Positions 14,105 to 26,083 of a stretch of 64,000 nucleotides of DNA are shown here, in pieces. The position numbers were made by a program, and so were the translations under genes. How positions within the stretch are numbered: position 1 is the first letter of the stretch; every line of letters begins with the position of its first letter. Source of the stretch: Amoeboaphelidium protococcarum X5 (Eukaryota > Fungi > Aphelidiomycota); the NCBI GenBank assembly GCA_023515725.1, contig JALDTO010000158.1:124001-188000 (forward strand), given 5' to 3'. The notes beneath the pieces are model-generated. The model had not been told where the DNA came from and did no database searches. It worked only from the letters and a program-made list of their open reading frames with translations.

Positions 14105-14875
14105 ATGTTTGCGTATGTCATAGCGTCGCGTCCTGTAAGAATATAATTATTAAAATAAATGGTGGAACATACTGTAATTAATTTATTGTAGGTGAGTTCA
14201 GATTTTCAACAAGTTGATGCAACACACGTCGTTTGTGATATAATTGATGCTGTTAGTGTCAATCATATCTGCGTGTTTCTTACTCAACCGCTGCCATCCA
14301 ACGTGGGAGCATCTGTGCATTTTTAATTTGTAAATTCTGGATGGAAGCTCTTAGGTAAATTTGTGTTATTGAGATATTAAATTTTTAAAGTTTACATGTT
14401 TAATGTGTGTAGGAGTTTTAACTAATGAAAAGCCTAGTGCAATCTTCAAGTTGAAGGGATTTGATTAAATATAGAATCTTGGTGGTAGCTAAAGTTCCAT
14501 GAGCATTGCGACAACCCAAGGCTAGCGTATAAATGCACAGGTAAGAATATATGCGTTGACCTGAAGTTGTTTTATTAACTGAAGATTTTGTATGGGTAGT
14601 TGGGAATTTCATTGGAACCAATTGATCAAGTTTAGAGCTAGATGGTTGAGCTGTAACGCGCTCGTTAATCTCAATAGTAATAGTAACAACAGCAAGTATC
14701 CACCGCGTCTGGGGATAAACAGTAAATTGCGGAATCTATATTGCGTCAACTGTACGAATTCATCACGTCCTTTGTCTTGGATATCGGCACTCAATCTAAT
14801 GCAACCATACCGTTGCGTGCATTTCAGGAGTGGTATAATAAAATGACTACAAAGATTAAAAATGGATTATTTTGA
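14105..14875 (+). CDS. OPI10: Hikeshi/Opi10 family protein
   Basis: MFAYVIASRP, NHICVFLTQPLP, WKLLGVLTNEKPSAIFKL, LGISLEP, IPLRAFQEWY; three introns. Confidence 0.85.
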
Positions 14876-15015
14876 ATGTATCGATCTATCCATCCATCTA
14901 TCTATCTACTTTACTCCAAGTTTTACTTCCCGGTGTGTGTATCTTACTTTGTACGTTTAAATCTGAATCATCGTCAATCTTCAATTTCGCGCGTGTTGAA
15001 TATAATTACATCAAA

Positions 15016-15998
15016 ATGTCAACTGGCAAGTAGGATAATAGTAGCCATGGCAAGAGCAGGAACCCATATAAAAACTTTATTGCCGGTGGTATAGCTGGAG
15101 CGGTTGAGGTGAGAGTATCCTTGAAATATATATATATGTTTCCCATATTCCATCATTTATAAGTTCAATCCATATGTAGGCAACGATCATGTATCCGACA
15201 GAGTTTGTCAAGACGCAACTGCAGCTACAATAGAACTAGAAAACTGTCAGTGGAGTGATCTATAAAGGCCCAGTGGATTGTGTCAAAGTTATAGTGAAGG
15301 AACGTGGCTTTCTGGGCTTATACCAAGGTGTAAGCACGCTTATTATAGGCACTTTTGCCAAGGCAGCTATACGGTTCGCCGCTTTCAATCACTACTCTTC
15401 CATGATTCAGAAGATGGGTGTGCAGTCTAGTACAGTTAACAGCATTGGCTCGGGACTCTTGGCTGGTGTGACAGAGTCTCTGCTTGCTGTCATTCCCACT
15501 GAGACTATCAAAACTAAATTGATAAATGACCGGAACACTGCTTAGCCAAAGTATCGAGGCCTAATACATGGGGTCAAGACTATTGTTAGGGAGGAAGGAT
15601 TCATTGGCATATACCAAGGCGTTATGCCAACTGTGATGAGATAGGCATGCAACTCTGCCATTCGATTCACCGCGTTCTAATGGATGCAAAACTTTTGGAA
15701 GGGCCAGTTGCCTAGTGGTGCCAATGGTGGTAAAGTATCGTCTGCTAAAGCTTTCGCTAGTGGTGCTGTTGCAGGTACAACATCTACCATACTCACAATG
15801 CCGATAGATGTCATAAAGACGCGTATGCAAGGTATTTAGTCCAAACAGTACAAGTCGATGCTGGACTGCGGCAAGTAGATTTTACTAAAAGAGGGCCTGT
15901 TCACCTTCTGGAAAGGCACAACTCCGCGTCTCAGTCGCGTCGTCTTCAGTAGTGGTATTGTCTTTAGTGTTCAAGACTTTATCATGAGACATCTTTGA
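15016..15998 (+). CDS. CTP1: Mitochondrial citrate/tricarboxylate carrier (SLC25A1-like)
   Basis: Carrier repeats PTEFVKTQLQLQ, PTETIKTKLIND, PIDVIKTRMQ; KAAIRF, FWKGTTPRLSR; one intron. Confidence 0.85.
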
Positions 15999-16113
15999 AT
16001 TATTTAAAATCAGTAGCTGTGTCGACTCTTGACGATTGTCAAATTCATTTCTTGCTATTTCGCAACGTTGAAACATCATACACGATAACACTTCAATTGT
16101 ACAGATTTGTTAA

Positions 16114-17383
16114 ATGAAAACGTTTATCAGTTCAGAGGCGGGTGGCAAAGTATACCGCATATTATTCGAGATTGATGTAATTAAATTCTGTATTTACAGC
16201 TGCGGACTCATTATTATATATCTCATTTGCTGTAGGATTAATAATTTCAAGCTGTGGTTATAAACACTCTAAAACGCGGTTCGTTCAATTTGCAGTATGC
16301 TCAATTGCATTTGGATAGTAAATTATTTGACGTTCTACAAGATAATTAAGCATAAGTTCGAAAAGTACCGTTTATCTGTGTACTCTATTCTTACAATATT
16401 TTATGAATTCCCTGTAGCTACTGAAAAATTCTGTATCTGCATATAATTTTCTGTTGGACTTGGCTCATATTACGGTAAGTATTGACGATGAATTTTTTCC
16501 AGATATTAATCAAGGATATATTCATCTTATGTAGAATAAACTGTATGTAAGACAACCACAACCGGATTTAGAAGATCTTCGACTGCAATTGGTGGTGGTG
16601 AATGAGTTGGAGCGTGTCTAGTATAAACACGTTGTTGATGTGGATCTGAAAAGTAGACTTGTTTCACTGAGACTGAATGGAATTGACTTTATTGTCAAAT
16701 ATTCGCTTCTTAATAACAAGGTTGTTGTGTGTGGAGACTTTTTAGAATATTCTCAATCTGGTAGAACGTACTAATACGAACCGTCAGAAAATACCTTGCA
16801 GAATATCATCTCTGATTTGGAATAGCAACTTGGTGATTATGCGGAATACTTGGCTGTGAAAGCGGAACTGTGCGATTGTTTCAACGCGCGTTAAACTTCT
16901 CTCGATACTCAACATGGACTGATAAGCTTACCTATTGGAACTGATGGTTGTTAGCTGCAGCTGTAAATTTCAGTATAGACTCCGAGAATGGCGCCAAATA
17001 AAGTTTCTGTACTTGGGCCAGAGAAGAAGTCTTAACAATTGACAAATTAATGGGCCGAAAAGTGTCATCAATGGGATCAATCACAGTCATTCAGGAAAAA
17101 TCTCATCTCAATATTCCCATAACTCTGTGCCTCTGAAATATAATCAGTTGGATATACATAGTCTCAGTAGAGTCAATCCTAGTTAGAATGTAGTATCTGT
17201 TATACAAATGTGGAAGAAGCATCTGTTGCGTAGCAGTTTAGCTGTGACTCTTGTCAGAAGGTATTTCATCGCGAGTGTATAGTCGAATGGTGTCAAGCAC
17301 TGGCCTCTACTAGAATTACTTTACACCGCATGTTTTCATCATGCCCCAATTGCAAGTCGTCCATCATTGTCACTGTTTAATGA
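16114..17383 (+). CDS. FANCL: FANCL-like E3 ubiquitin ligase
   Basis: C-terminal RING ECSICY...CDSCQKVFHRECIVEW...MFSSCPNC preceded by an RWD-like region; 5' exon structure uncertain. Confidence 0.7.
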
Positions 17384-18407
17384 TATCTTTATGCAATAAA
17401 AGAGTCAACAATGCCTCAACATTTGGCCAAGATTAAAAATTAAGATGTGAAGTATGACATCAAAATAAAATTACAACAAGTATGAATAATTCCAATTTAT
17501 TATTAATCCCCAACTTCATTACCACTTGTTCAATCCCCATTCCAATATAAATCACCAAGCACTGGCAGCAGCAGGCTGTGCATCCCAAGATGATTCTTGT
17601 GGAGCAGCGTCAACAGGAGCATCCCAGTTCAAACCTTGAGTGGTATCCTCACCCGCAGCACCGGCATCTTCTCCATCAACACCGCCAGCAAGTTCTCTAG
17701 CAGCTGCGGCAGCATTAGCCTAATCCTCTTCAACTTCCTCCGGATCACGGTAGAAGAACAGATCCACCATGACATTCCAAGGCTCATCACGACTGATGGT
17801 ACCACGCAGACGCAACACCTCTCTAGCCAACAGCCAGTACATCAAACCGATAGAGTACTTTGCCTTGTTGTTAGTCGGGATAGCCACATCGACAAATTTC
17901 AAAGGACTGTCAGTGTCGCAGAGAGCAATGACTGGAATGTTGACGTAGCTAGCCTCTTTGATTGCCTGGTGGTCAGTTCTAGGATCAGTGACAATAATCA
18001 GACGCGGCTCCTTGAATGCACGAGTGATGTAGTTGGTAAAGGTACCAGGAGTGAATCTTCCAGCAATTGCCTGAGCGCCAATGTTGTTGGCAAACTTCAA
18101 AGCAGCACGTTGACCATAAGGACGAGCACTAATCACACAAATGTCAGCAGGATTCTCCACAGCAGCAATGATACGCGCAGCCAGCACCATCTTCTCCCAG
18201 GTTTTTCTCAAGTTGATAAGGTGAATGCCATCCGCACGGCGCTTCCACACGTAATTCTCCATCTTGGAATCCACATTCTTGGTTCCCAGATGACACTGTG
18301 CTGCCAACAGCAGTTAAATATCTTCCTCAGTATAGTTTAGTGCGTTGGTCATCTTACTAAATTGCTCAATTATTGCTGAAGTCTATAAAGTGTGACTATT
18401 CTCGAGC
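17245..18407. repeat. Direct repeat copy 1 (FANCL 3' end + RPS0)
   Basis: Near-identical to 22778-22987 joined to 25987-26951. Confidence 0.92.
17552..18352 (-). CDS. RPS0: 40S ribosomal protein uS2 (S0/SA), copy 1
   Basis: HLGTKN...[15 protein letters not shown]...[11 protein letters not shown]...[13 protein letters not shown]. Confidence 0.95.
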
Positions 18408-18899
18408 ACTCGTTGAATGTCAATAAACTAAGACCATCTGACAAGGTTAGCAAGTCAGTGTTAAAATTGGACTTATGATCCAATTATGGTATTCCTCTAC
18501 TTATTAGAACCAAAGACAGCATATCCATTTCCTACAGATGGACGTTTAGATCAAGATGTGAGCATATGATGAATACATGCAAGAATGTAAGTCTGTAGGG
18601 ACTTGATAAACCAATTAAGTTTATTAAACTGCAAATTCACTTGGTATAGCACTGACCTTATATGGAATGTATGATACTTGATCAGCCAAATGAGAGAAAT
18701 AAGACTCCCACCTCAGTACTTTTACATTAAGGAGCTCCACTTTCTCTTCATATCATAGAGTATGACCAGCTTTCGCGATATAAATTGGCATCTTTACGGA
18801 TGAAATACAGCGTCCTAAAACTATAAGCCTTATAGATGCCCATAAAATGAAACTTCAGTGCCAGCAAATTAATCACATCCAAACTTTTAACATACCTGA

Positions 18900-19790
18900 G
18901 CGCGTTTAAGCGATTATGCCAGTGAGATACGCGCCGTAAGCAAAGTTATAGATGATGTGAAGGTAAGCTACCAGCTGTACGCGTAATTTTTAATCCATCC
19001 ATCCTGATACGGCCAATTCACCTTGAGCGGCAGCAAACCAGCCTCTTGGTATGCTTTAACGAACTCATCTGATACGCAGTTGGAATAATATCACCCTTGT
19101 TTCCAAGCGTTACAATGGCCAACGTTTGATGTGCATCTCCACCTAGAATGTCAATTCTCCTCTAAACGATGGAAGTTGACTGGTTATTTGGTAGTCTATT
19201 CCTACGTTAGTTGCCTTGAATATCTGTCAATTTGCTTATAATGCATACTTACTCAGCCCAGCTGCCTCATCTATCAAAACATAAGGGGTGTTAAGATTGT
19301 CCTATTCAGCACCTTTTTTAGATCGTTCTTAATAGCCTGAGCAGACGTTTCCTTGACCACCACAGAAGAAGGTTACACAACGGTGTCCGGAATCGGGGCA
19401 AATGACCGCGAGTTGTAACCATCAGTTTCTTGAGTAATTTAGTTCGATCGATTCTACGTGCCCATTATTAACTGCGAAACTGAGTAGCAGTTACTTGTGA
19501 GCAGCATGCGATCTTGCACATTCTACTGAAACTTCAGGGCAAGGTTTGCTCCTATGTAGACTAATTATCAAGCAGCAGTGGCATACGAAAAAGCTATGAA
19601 CAGACTAACCACCGATTTGGTAAATTTAATGATGCTAATCCTGTTGTAGCAAGATTAATTGCAGCTTTAGCAATGGCCTTAAATGCTAGTAAATTGCACA
19701 TTATAAAGGTATGTCTTTCCGCATCCGGCTTTACCGTGTATAAAGTAAAACGTTATCCCATTATCGTGTTCCTCGATGCTGCTTATAACT
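18900..19790 (-). pseudogene. Degenerate Helitron-type PIF1 helicase relic
   Basis: Frameshifted motifs FYFIHGKAGCGKTYLYN (19712-19750), LATTGLASLNLP/GGQSVHSFF, VLIDEAA (~19260-19280), GGDAHQTLAIV (~19110-19145). Confidence 0.7.
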
Positions 19791-20029
19791 AATTAAGTTG
19801 AGACTATGGTCCTGTTGGCGTGTCAATTAGTAACTGCATTTGTAAATTACTGACCGGAGATTAACTGAGTGCTGCTAATGATTACACTTATACTAATCGA
19901 CAAATCAAAATCTTTGACAATATGACTGCTAGTGGTTAATCTACTGCATAAACGCCCTAGCAGAGTTTCTCCATTTCAATGAAGTTCGCCTACAGATTAC
20001 GAGCAGTGGCAAGATTAGCATTTGATATT

Positions 20030-20280
20030 TACCCTTCAAAAGCATACAAATCTTGACCATTTTCTAGTTTGGACGGTAACTTCTAACAGATATCATAAAG
20101 CCTGCTCTGCTAAACGCCTCTTCCGAAGGAACACTAGTTGCTGGCATACAAAGGATTTTACGACAATCTTAGCTAGCACAAGAAACTAGACTGAACCAGC
20201 ACCCTCCCAAAATTGCAGTATATCTTGCTAAGTTTCAATTAAATTAGGCTAATAAGATACGTAAGCTTCCATTTGTTAGG
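20030..20280 (-). pseudogene. hAT transposase C-terminal dimerisation-domain relic
   Basis: DILQFWEGAGSVQFLVLAKI, frameshift, then LCMPATSVPSEEAFSRAGFMIS...VKICMLLK. Confidence 0.75.
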
Positions 20281-21424
20281 CAACAGTATACACCAGACTT
20301 GAAGAGCTATTACTCTATAGCATTCCATGACCCGTTGTGCTTACTTGGGCCATATCTATTAGTCATATACTGCCAGAGATAATTATGCTCCTTTCTCTCT
20401 TGTCAATAGCTATAGAAGATTATTGCATGTTAATACTGAGGAAGAGCCTTGATAAGATCCGGAGATTAATTAATATTGGGAGGCTTGTGCACTTTAGGGC
20501 TCACCTGTACTGTGATTTAACAGGATATTGCGCTTGAAATCATGATAGTCTCCATCTGGTAATTTAAAAAGGTATTTGATACAAACTCGATCGTCATTTA
20601 GCTCAACGCCAGCTTGCAGGATCTAGTGCTTGACTTCGCTCAATCTTGATAATCTTGAATGTTAATTTGGAAGACTCTTGATATTTTGGCATTCAATGTT
20701 CAAATAGTGTCAGCTAAAGCATTATTGGCACTTTCATGAGAAGTGATGCTCAATTCACTAAATGACAGCATATGCTCTGACATTTCATCAATATCATCCA
20801 TATAATTTTTATACTTTCGAGCCAAACCAAGGAAGTAACCAATATATTCATCTGCTGCTATTTATCTTGATATCGCAGTATATCGTACTTCAATCGTATT
20901 AAATATCGCACACAAGCAATGCAAATGATGGCGATTAACCGACATTACTCTGAATATTTTACTTGTCATTACGCATAAACTCTCTTGAAGCAGACAAAGC
21001 TCATAATTATCGTGATTTGCGCTAAAGATCAAAGATGGTGAAAAGGAGAAGAATGTATTGCTAGCGCACAAAGGCTGATTAAGGTTATATTGTGTGCGCA
21101 CATTGACTTGCAAGTCGACTTTGAGTCTAAGTTTGAATCGTTAATTGACATGGCAAAAAAATTCTCCAGCCCGGGAGTTGGAGTACTAAACAATTACCAT
21201 AAAGGTTCAACTTATAATTAGAACGCGACGAGTTTGAAAGTTGCGAAGTCATCAAGCGAGTTGCGCTTGCGTTGTAGAGTGCTGCATACAGGTACAATGA
21301 AAGCTGCATATAGACTGTAGAAGTTTGGTTATGCACTGTACCGGAAAAATAATAGCGAAACTCTGCAGTAAATATCATTACTGCCCCGATAACACAGATG
21401 ATACAAACTATATAAAGCCAGATG

Positions 21425-22237
21425 TCAACTCTTCATTAATTCGTGATAAATGGCAGCCTTACAAACCTTCTGATAGCCAAACTCACCGTCAATGATAGCG
21501 CCATTATTGCCTTTCTTAATGTAAAATCTGAACAATCCCACCGTGCGCTCAGATTCAACCCCAGAGAACTACGTATAATCAATGGTCACTGGCGGAATTG
21601 TGGTGAAATCAAATTTACGGCCATCAATTGTACGTTGAAACGAACGCAACACTTTGTACTCTTTGGTTGAAGTATATAGCATATAGTCGATTCCAATGAC
21701 AATAGCGCCATATTTAGTAAAATCGTACTCGATACTTGACATGGCAACTCTAAAATCACACGTTTACTGAGGTACAAAATTATGTTCCTCAACAAATTCG
21801 TGATCTGCGGACAGATATGTGGTAGACATGTGCTAGCGAGCACAATTCCGATCATAAGTAGGCACGTTGATCATTGAAACGCGGACCCACTAATCGCCAA
21901 CGTCATTACCATTGTCAACAATACGGACATCAGCTTTAGCCAAAATGGTATATGTTGCACTCGGTCGGTGTAGCACTATCTCACGATTGTCTGGAGACAG
22001 CGAACCTTCAAACACCTCATCATCTTTGCTGTCTTGGAATTTCAACTATATTCTGATGTGCACAGTTTCATTATACTCAGGATGTAACGACAAATCTAGA
22101 CGAAACTTTGCAGAGCGGAAATCTTTAATCAAAACATGCCAGTCTTGTTCAGAAGCAGCGTTAAATTTCAAGTCAGCAATATGAAGATCGGGCAAAACAG
22201 CCTTGACATGGTATTGATTGTGATCACGAGATAACAT
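21425..22237 (-). CDS. Orphan hypothetical protein (~270 aa)
   Basis: ATG-to-TGA ORF with protein-like, beta-strand-rich composition (MLSRDHNQYHVKAVLPD...KAAIYHELMKS); no family recognised. Confidence 0.5.
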
Positions 22238-22777
22238 AATACTCCGACTCGTGTCAAGCTATATAATGTCACTTCTGAAGGCGCAGATTATTACAGATAT
22301 TAACACGAATACTACCAAAACGGATTTGATCAATTACAATTCAGAATTTTGCACAGTTTTTTACATTATGAAAAACATAGATCAGTATGACACGAGAATT
22401 GGTTATAAACAAAGAAGAAGATAGCAAGGGATAACTGATGAGGTGAGATCTGCAGGTGACTATTTTATGCAGTTGTAAAAGTGAAAATGTTGTGATGAAG
22501 ACTCTAAAAACATCCTGATTGTTCAAATTGAAGTTTTGATTTTCATAATTAAACGTCAATTTATTTTCTAACTAGATCTATTCACTAACACAGTAGATGA
22601 TTATAGTCTCACTACATGCAACGCGTATTAACAAGAGCTGTGGCCTCAGTACACAGACTATACGCGTAACACCAAAATTCTAACGGACATAAAGCTCTTG
22701 TGTGTTGGCGTATTATGCATAATGTTAAAGCTATAACAATTGAATTAAATCGTGTATCAACTTATAAAATATATTAA

Positions 22778-22916
22778 TGACTCTTGTCAGAAGGCTTTCC
22801 ATCGCGAGTGTATAGTTGAATGGTGTCAAGCATTGGCCTCTACTAGAATCACTTTACACCGCATGTTTTCATCATGCCCCAATTGCAAGTCGTCCATCAT
22901 TGTCACTGTTTAATGA
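22778..22916 (+). pseudogene. Duplicated 3' fragment of FANCL (RING C-terminal half)
   Basis: Copy of 17245-17383 with a few substitutions and no 5' part. Confidence 0.85.
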
Positions 22917-22987
22917 TATCTTTATGCAATAAAAGAGTCAACAATGCCTCAACATTTGGCCAAGATTAAAAATTAAGATGTGAAGTA

Positions 22988-25986
22988 TTAAGGCATCGCC
23001 TCGCGCCTCTGCCCATCCCGAATCGTCTTTAATCAACACTTTCGAAAAATGGAGAAGTTGGAAGAGGGTATTTATCTGATGGTATCATGTTATAAAATTT
23101 CCTATATTCTTTTTGCAGAAGCTTAAATCGATGTACGCTGATTTGACGAGTCTAAAACTCCATCTTTAGCACTTAAAATTAGTTCGACTTTCCCAATTGA
23201 GTCATTCATTCCCCAATCCATGAACTACGCTAAGATATCCATTCAGCATTACAGGCATGCCAGCGCGCAGATTTAATATTCCTTCTGTATTATTGCGAAC
23301 CAAGAGTAGTCAGCAACACGAACGGAACGGAGTTCGCTATTAAGCCGGTCGGTTTGAATACATTTACTCTTTATACGATTCGTTTCAAATCCTAGGTTGA
23401 GAGTGTCCTGAAATTCTGTTCGTCATCAAAACAACTTTTCCCCAGACGTTCAAACTATCTGGAAATACACATTCTTGGCTAATTTGACGCGTAGATTACA
23501 ATTTTGTTTTAGATTTTAAATAGCTTTTTTACTTTGACCGCAACCCGGATTCACTTTTCTCACGCAGTGTCTCACTGTTTCACACTGATTGAGCTCCCCA
23601 AGTCCCTCTCTTTTGTAATCTGAAACAACACGGAGAATATGGATGACCAAAGCTCAAATACCTCCACCCTTCCGTAAAAGTGAACGATTAAAAAGGAATG
23701 CCTATTATGGTCCCTCTTTTCAGTCTGCCAGGGAACATCAAGGACGCGTATTGAGTCAAGATGAGATAATTGATATTGTAACAAAAACTCTATATGAATA
23801 TTGTGAATGATTAACAATCAATCCAGAAGTAGAGTTTGATTTTTGCCACGGAGTTTTGAGAAACAGATGGTTTTTAAACAGTACTGGATAGCAGGTACTG
23901 AATTTCCTTTGACTAATTAGGTAATCCTTGGGAATGCTATTCAGTTATGTGATCGTAAAGTACTTGGAACAACACATTGTAAGAGAAGACTGCCGTTAAA
24001 TTCTGTAGGCAAATGGTCAAGTATAAATTAGTTGGTCTGGGCCTAAAGGCGGCTTTAAGTGTTAATTGTCAAGAGTATGAGAAGGCAAGACGAGTTTATA
24101 GATTTTGCGAGGACAATTAGCACTCCCCTCGGTCCAGAGCAGACCGCATTGTTTGGTCCAGGACCGTGCATAGACTGAACCGTTGGTCATGGACCGCTTA
24201 CGGACCGGTCTAGACCGGTCCAAGAGATTATCAGCTTGTCCATTGATTTCCACGACTTAACGCGTAAAATATGCCTATAAAGCACAGTAACTTCGCATCA
24301 CTCAATATTGAGTTACTGATAATAGCTACTAATACAAGTTTGAATGCAAAATGAACGAGTATGAAGAGCTTAATCGATTAAAATGAATGACGCCATTGTT
24401 AATTCGTGCTGTCGATAAGCACGAGTAGAGGATTATCTTGCGCCAAAGCGAGTATTTGATTATGAAACAATGAGAAAGCTTTTAAATATTGATCAGCTCA
24501 AAGAGAGGCTCATATAACATTGATGTATTGAGCTGGCTTCACTATGAGACCGGTCTAGACCGGACCGTGGGGAGTGCTTAAGACAACACTATAAGCCATC
24601 AGACTTTGACAAAAAGCTCCTGTCAATGGTTGTTGATTCGAGAATTAGGTGGTAAACACAAATTTTAGGCCATCATTTTTTATCGCCGTTGTAATCTCAA
24701 AGCTAACTTAAATTTATGCATTGGAATTTTTGTATCATCACACAGCTGAAGAAGCAGGATAGCTTTGACATTAAGAACGAAACAACTATTATTTGCACGA
24801 ACGTTAGCTGAAATACTAAAGACGTCTCTCTTTAAACTCTTCTCTAAACCAGTGCGCAGGCATTGAATTACTTGTGTCCTTTGGTTCGCATTTAGGCCTG
24901 GCCTAAAACTATCTTTAATTTTATTCCAAGGAACAGCCTAAGCATAATCTTTAATTCTACTTGGCAATTCCTTTCCACTCATTCTATCAATGGCCACCAC
25001 GGAGATAAACTATTGCAAATTCAGCATAATCTTGAATTCGTCAATTACTCTATGCTAAGAAGAAGAATGATATGAAGCCTTAAATGACGTTAAATACTAT
25101 TGGTGGCTCATACAATCATTTGATCACTCATTCGGGTTCCAAATCTGAGTCTAACATGCGCGAAATAATTTAAAGTGAGTAAAACATTTCGAATCAGATC
25201 TAACCTGTCCGATAATCTGGTAAGCTGGCATATCCGGTTATATCAAACACCACTGCCACTGAAGTGAAATGCAACGAAGACGATGATATTTTGTCCGTCA
25301 AAGATTTTAAGATCGGTATGGCTGTGGCTACTAATTGTTTCCTGAAAGCTTGAAAGTTGATTGATTTCAAAACTAAAGAAGAGTATATCCTTCCACCCCT
25401 ACCCACACCAAGTCCTAGTAATTGACAGCATCGCGAGCCTTGTCCTAGCTGCTAGTCTAACTCAAACGAAGAGACGCCTTTTCTGAGATCCGCAGAGTAA
25501 TATGATCTTATGTGAGTTTTTTTGAAAATTGAATGTATGGTTTTTAGCTTTACTCTACCCATTCCTTCTTCTTGGTTTTATCCGACGGTAGAGGAGCAAC
25601 TACTAGTGCAGGTTTCAATTATATCGAAACCGCACTGCCTGGGCGGTAGAAAAAACGACCGTCCCTTAAGCGATCGCTCTTCCATACAAACTGTTGGATT
25701 AACATTATGACTTGGTGAAAAAATGAGAATAGAAAAAAATTGAAAAAACTACCAGATAGAGAATACTTTGAAACCTAACCAATCCAAGTCTTAAAAGTTT
25801 AAAATGGAAACTGAGTAAGATATGTCATGTTAAAGAGCAAAAAAACGGCACGGACACTCATTTTTTCCACAGATAAGCCCAAATGCGTCCTGGCTTTGGC
25901 GCGTGACTCACCGACTTTATGACTCACCGTGTTTCCGACTGAAGCAGCCTTTCCTACTGAGACCCGACCTAGTGACGATTCGGGAA
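22988..25986 (-). mobile_element. Non-autonomous Helitron2/Helentron-like element (~3.0 kb)
   Basis: Absent from the paralogous empty site at ~17454; inserted between A and T with no TSD needed; 12-bp asymmetric inverted repeats at 23016-23027 and 25974-25985; terminal hairpins. Confidence 0.75.
24120..24577. mobile_element. PIF/Harbinger (Tourist-like) MITE, 458 bp, nested in the Helitron2-like element
   Basis: TIRs GCACTCCCC(T/A)CGGTCC (15/16 match); TTA duplication at 24117-24119 and 24578-24580. Confidence 0.8.
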
Positions 25987-26083
25987 TGACATCAAAATAA
26001 AATTACAACAAGTATGAATAATTCCAATTTATTATTAATCCCCGACTTCATTACCACTTGTTCAATCCCCATTCCAATATAAA

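Noticed and set aside
17597-18340. 247-aa and 251-aa plus-strand ORFs (also 26129-26884)
   Set aside because: Antisense shadows of RPS0.
22988-25986. Fanzor/TnpB cargo in the Helitron2-like element
   Set aside because: No RuvC D-E-D or zinc-finger motifs found in the frames I read.
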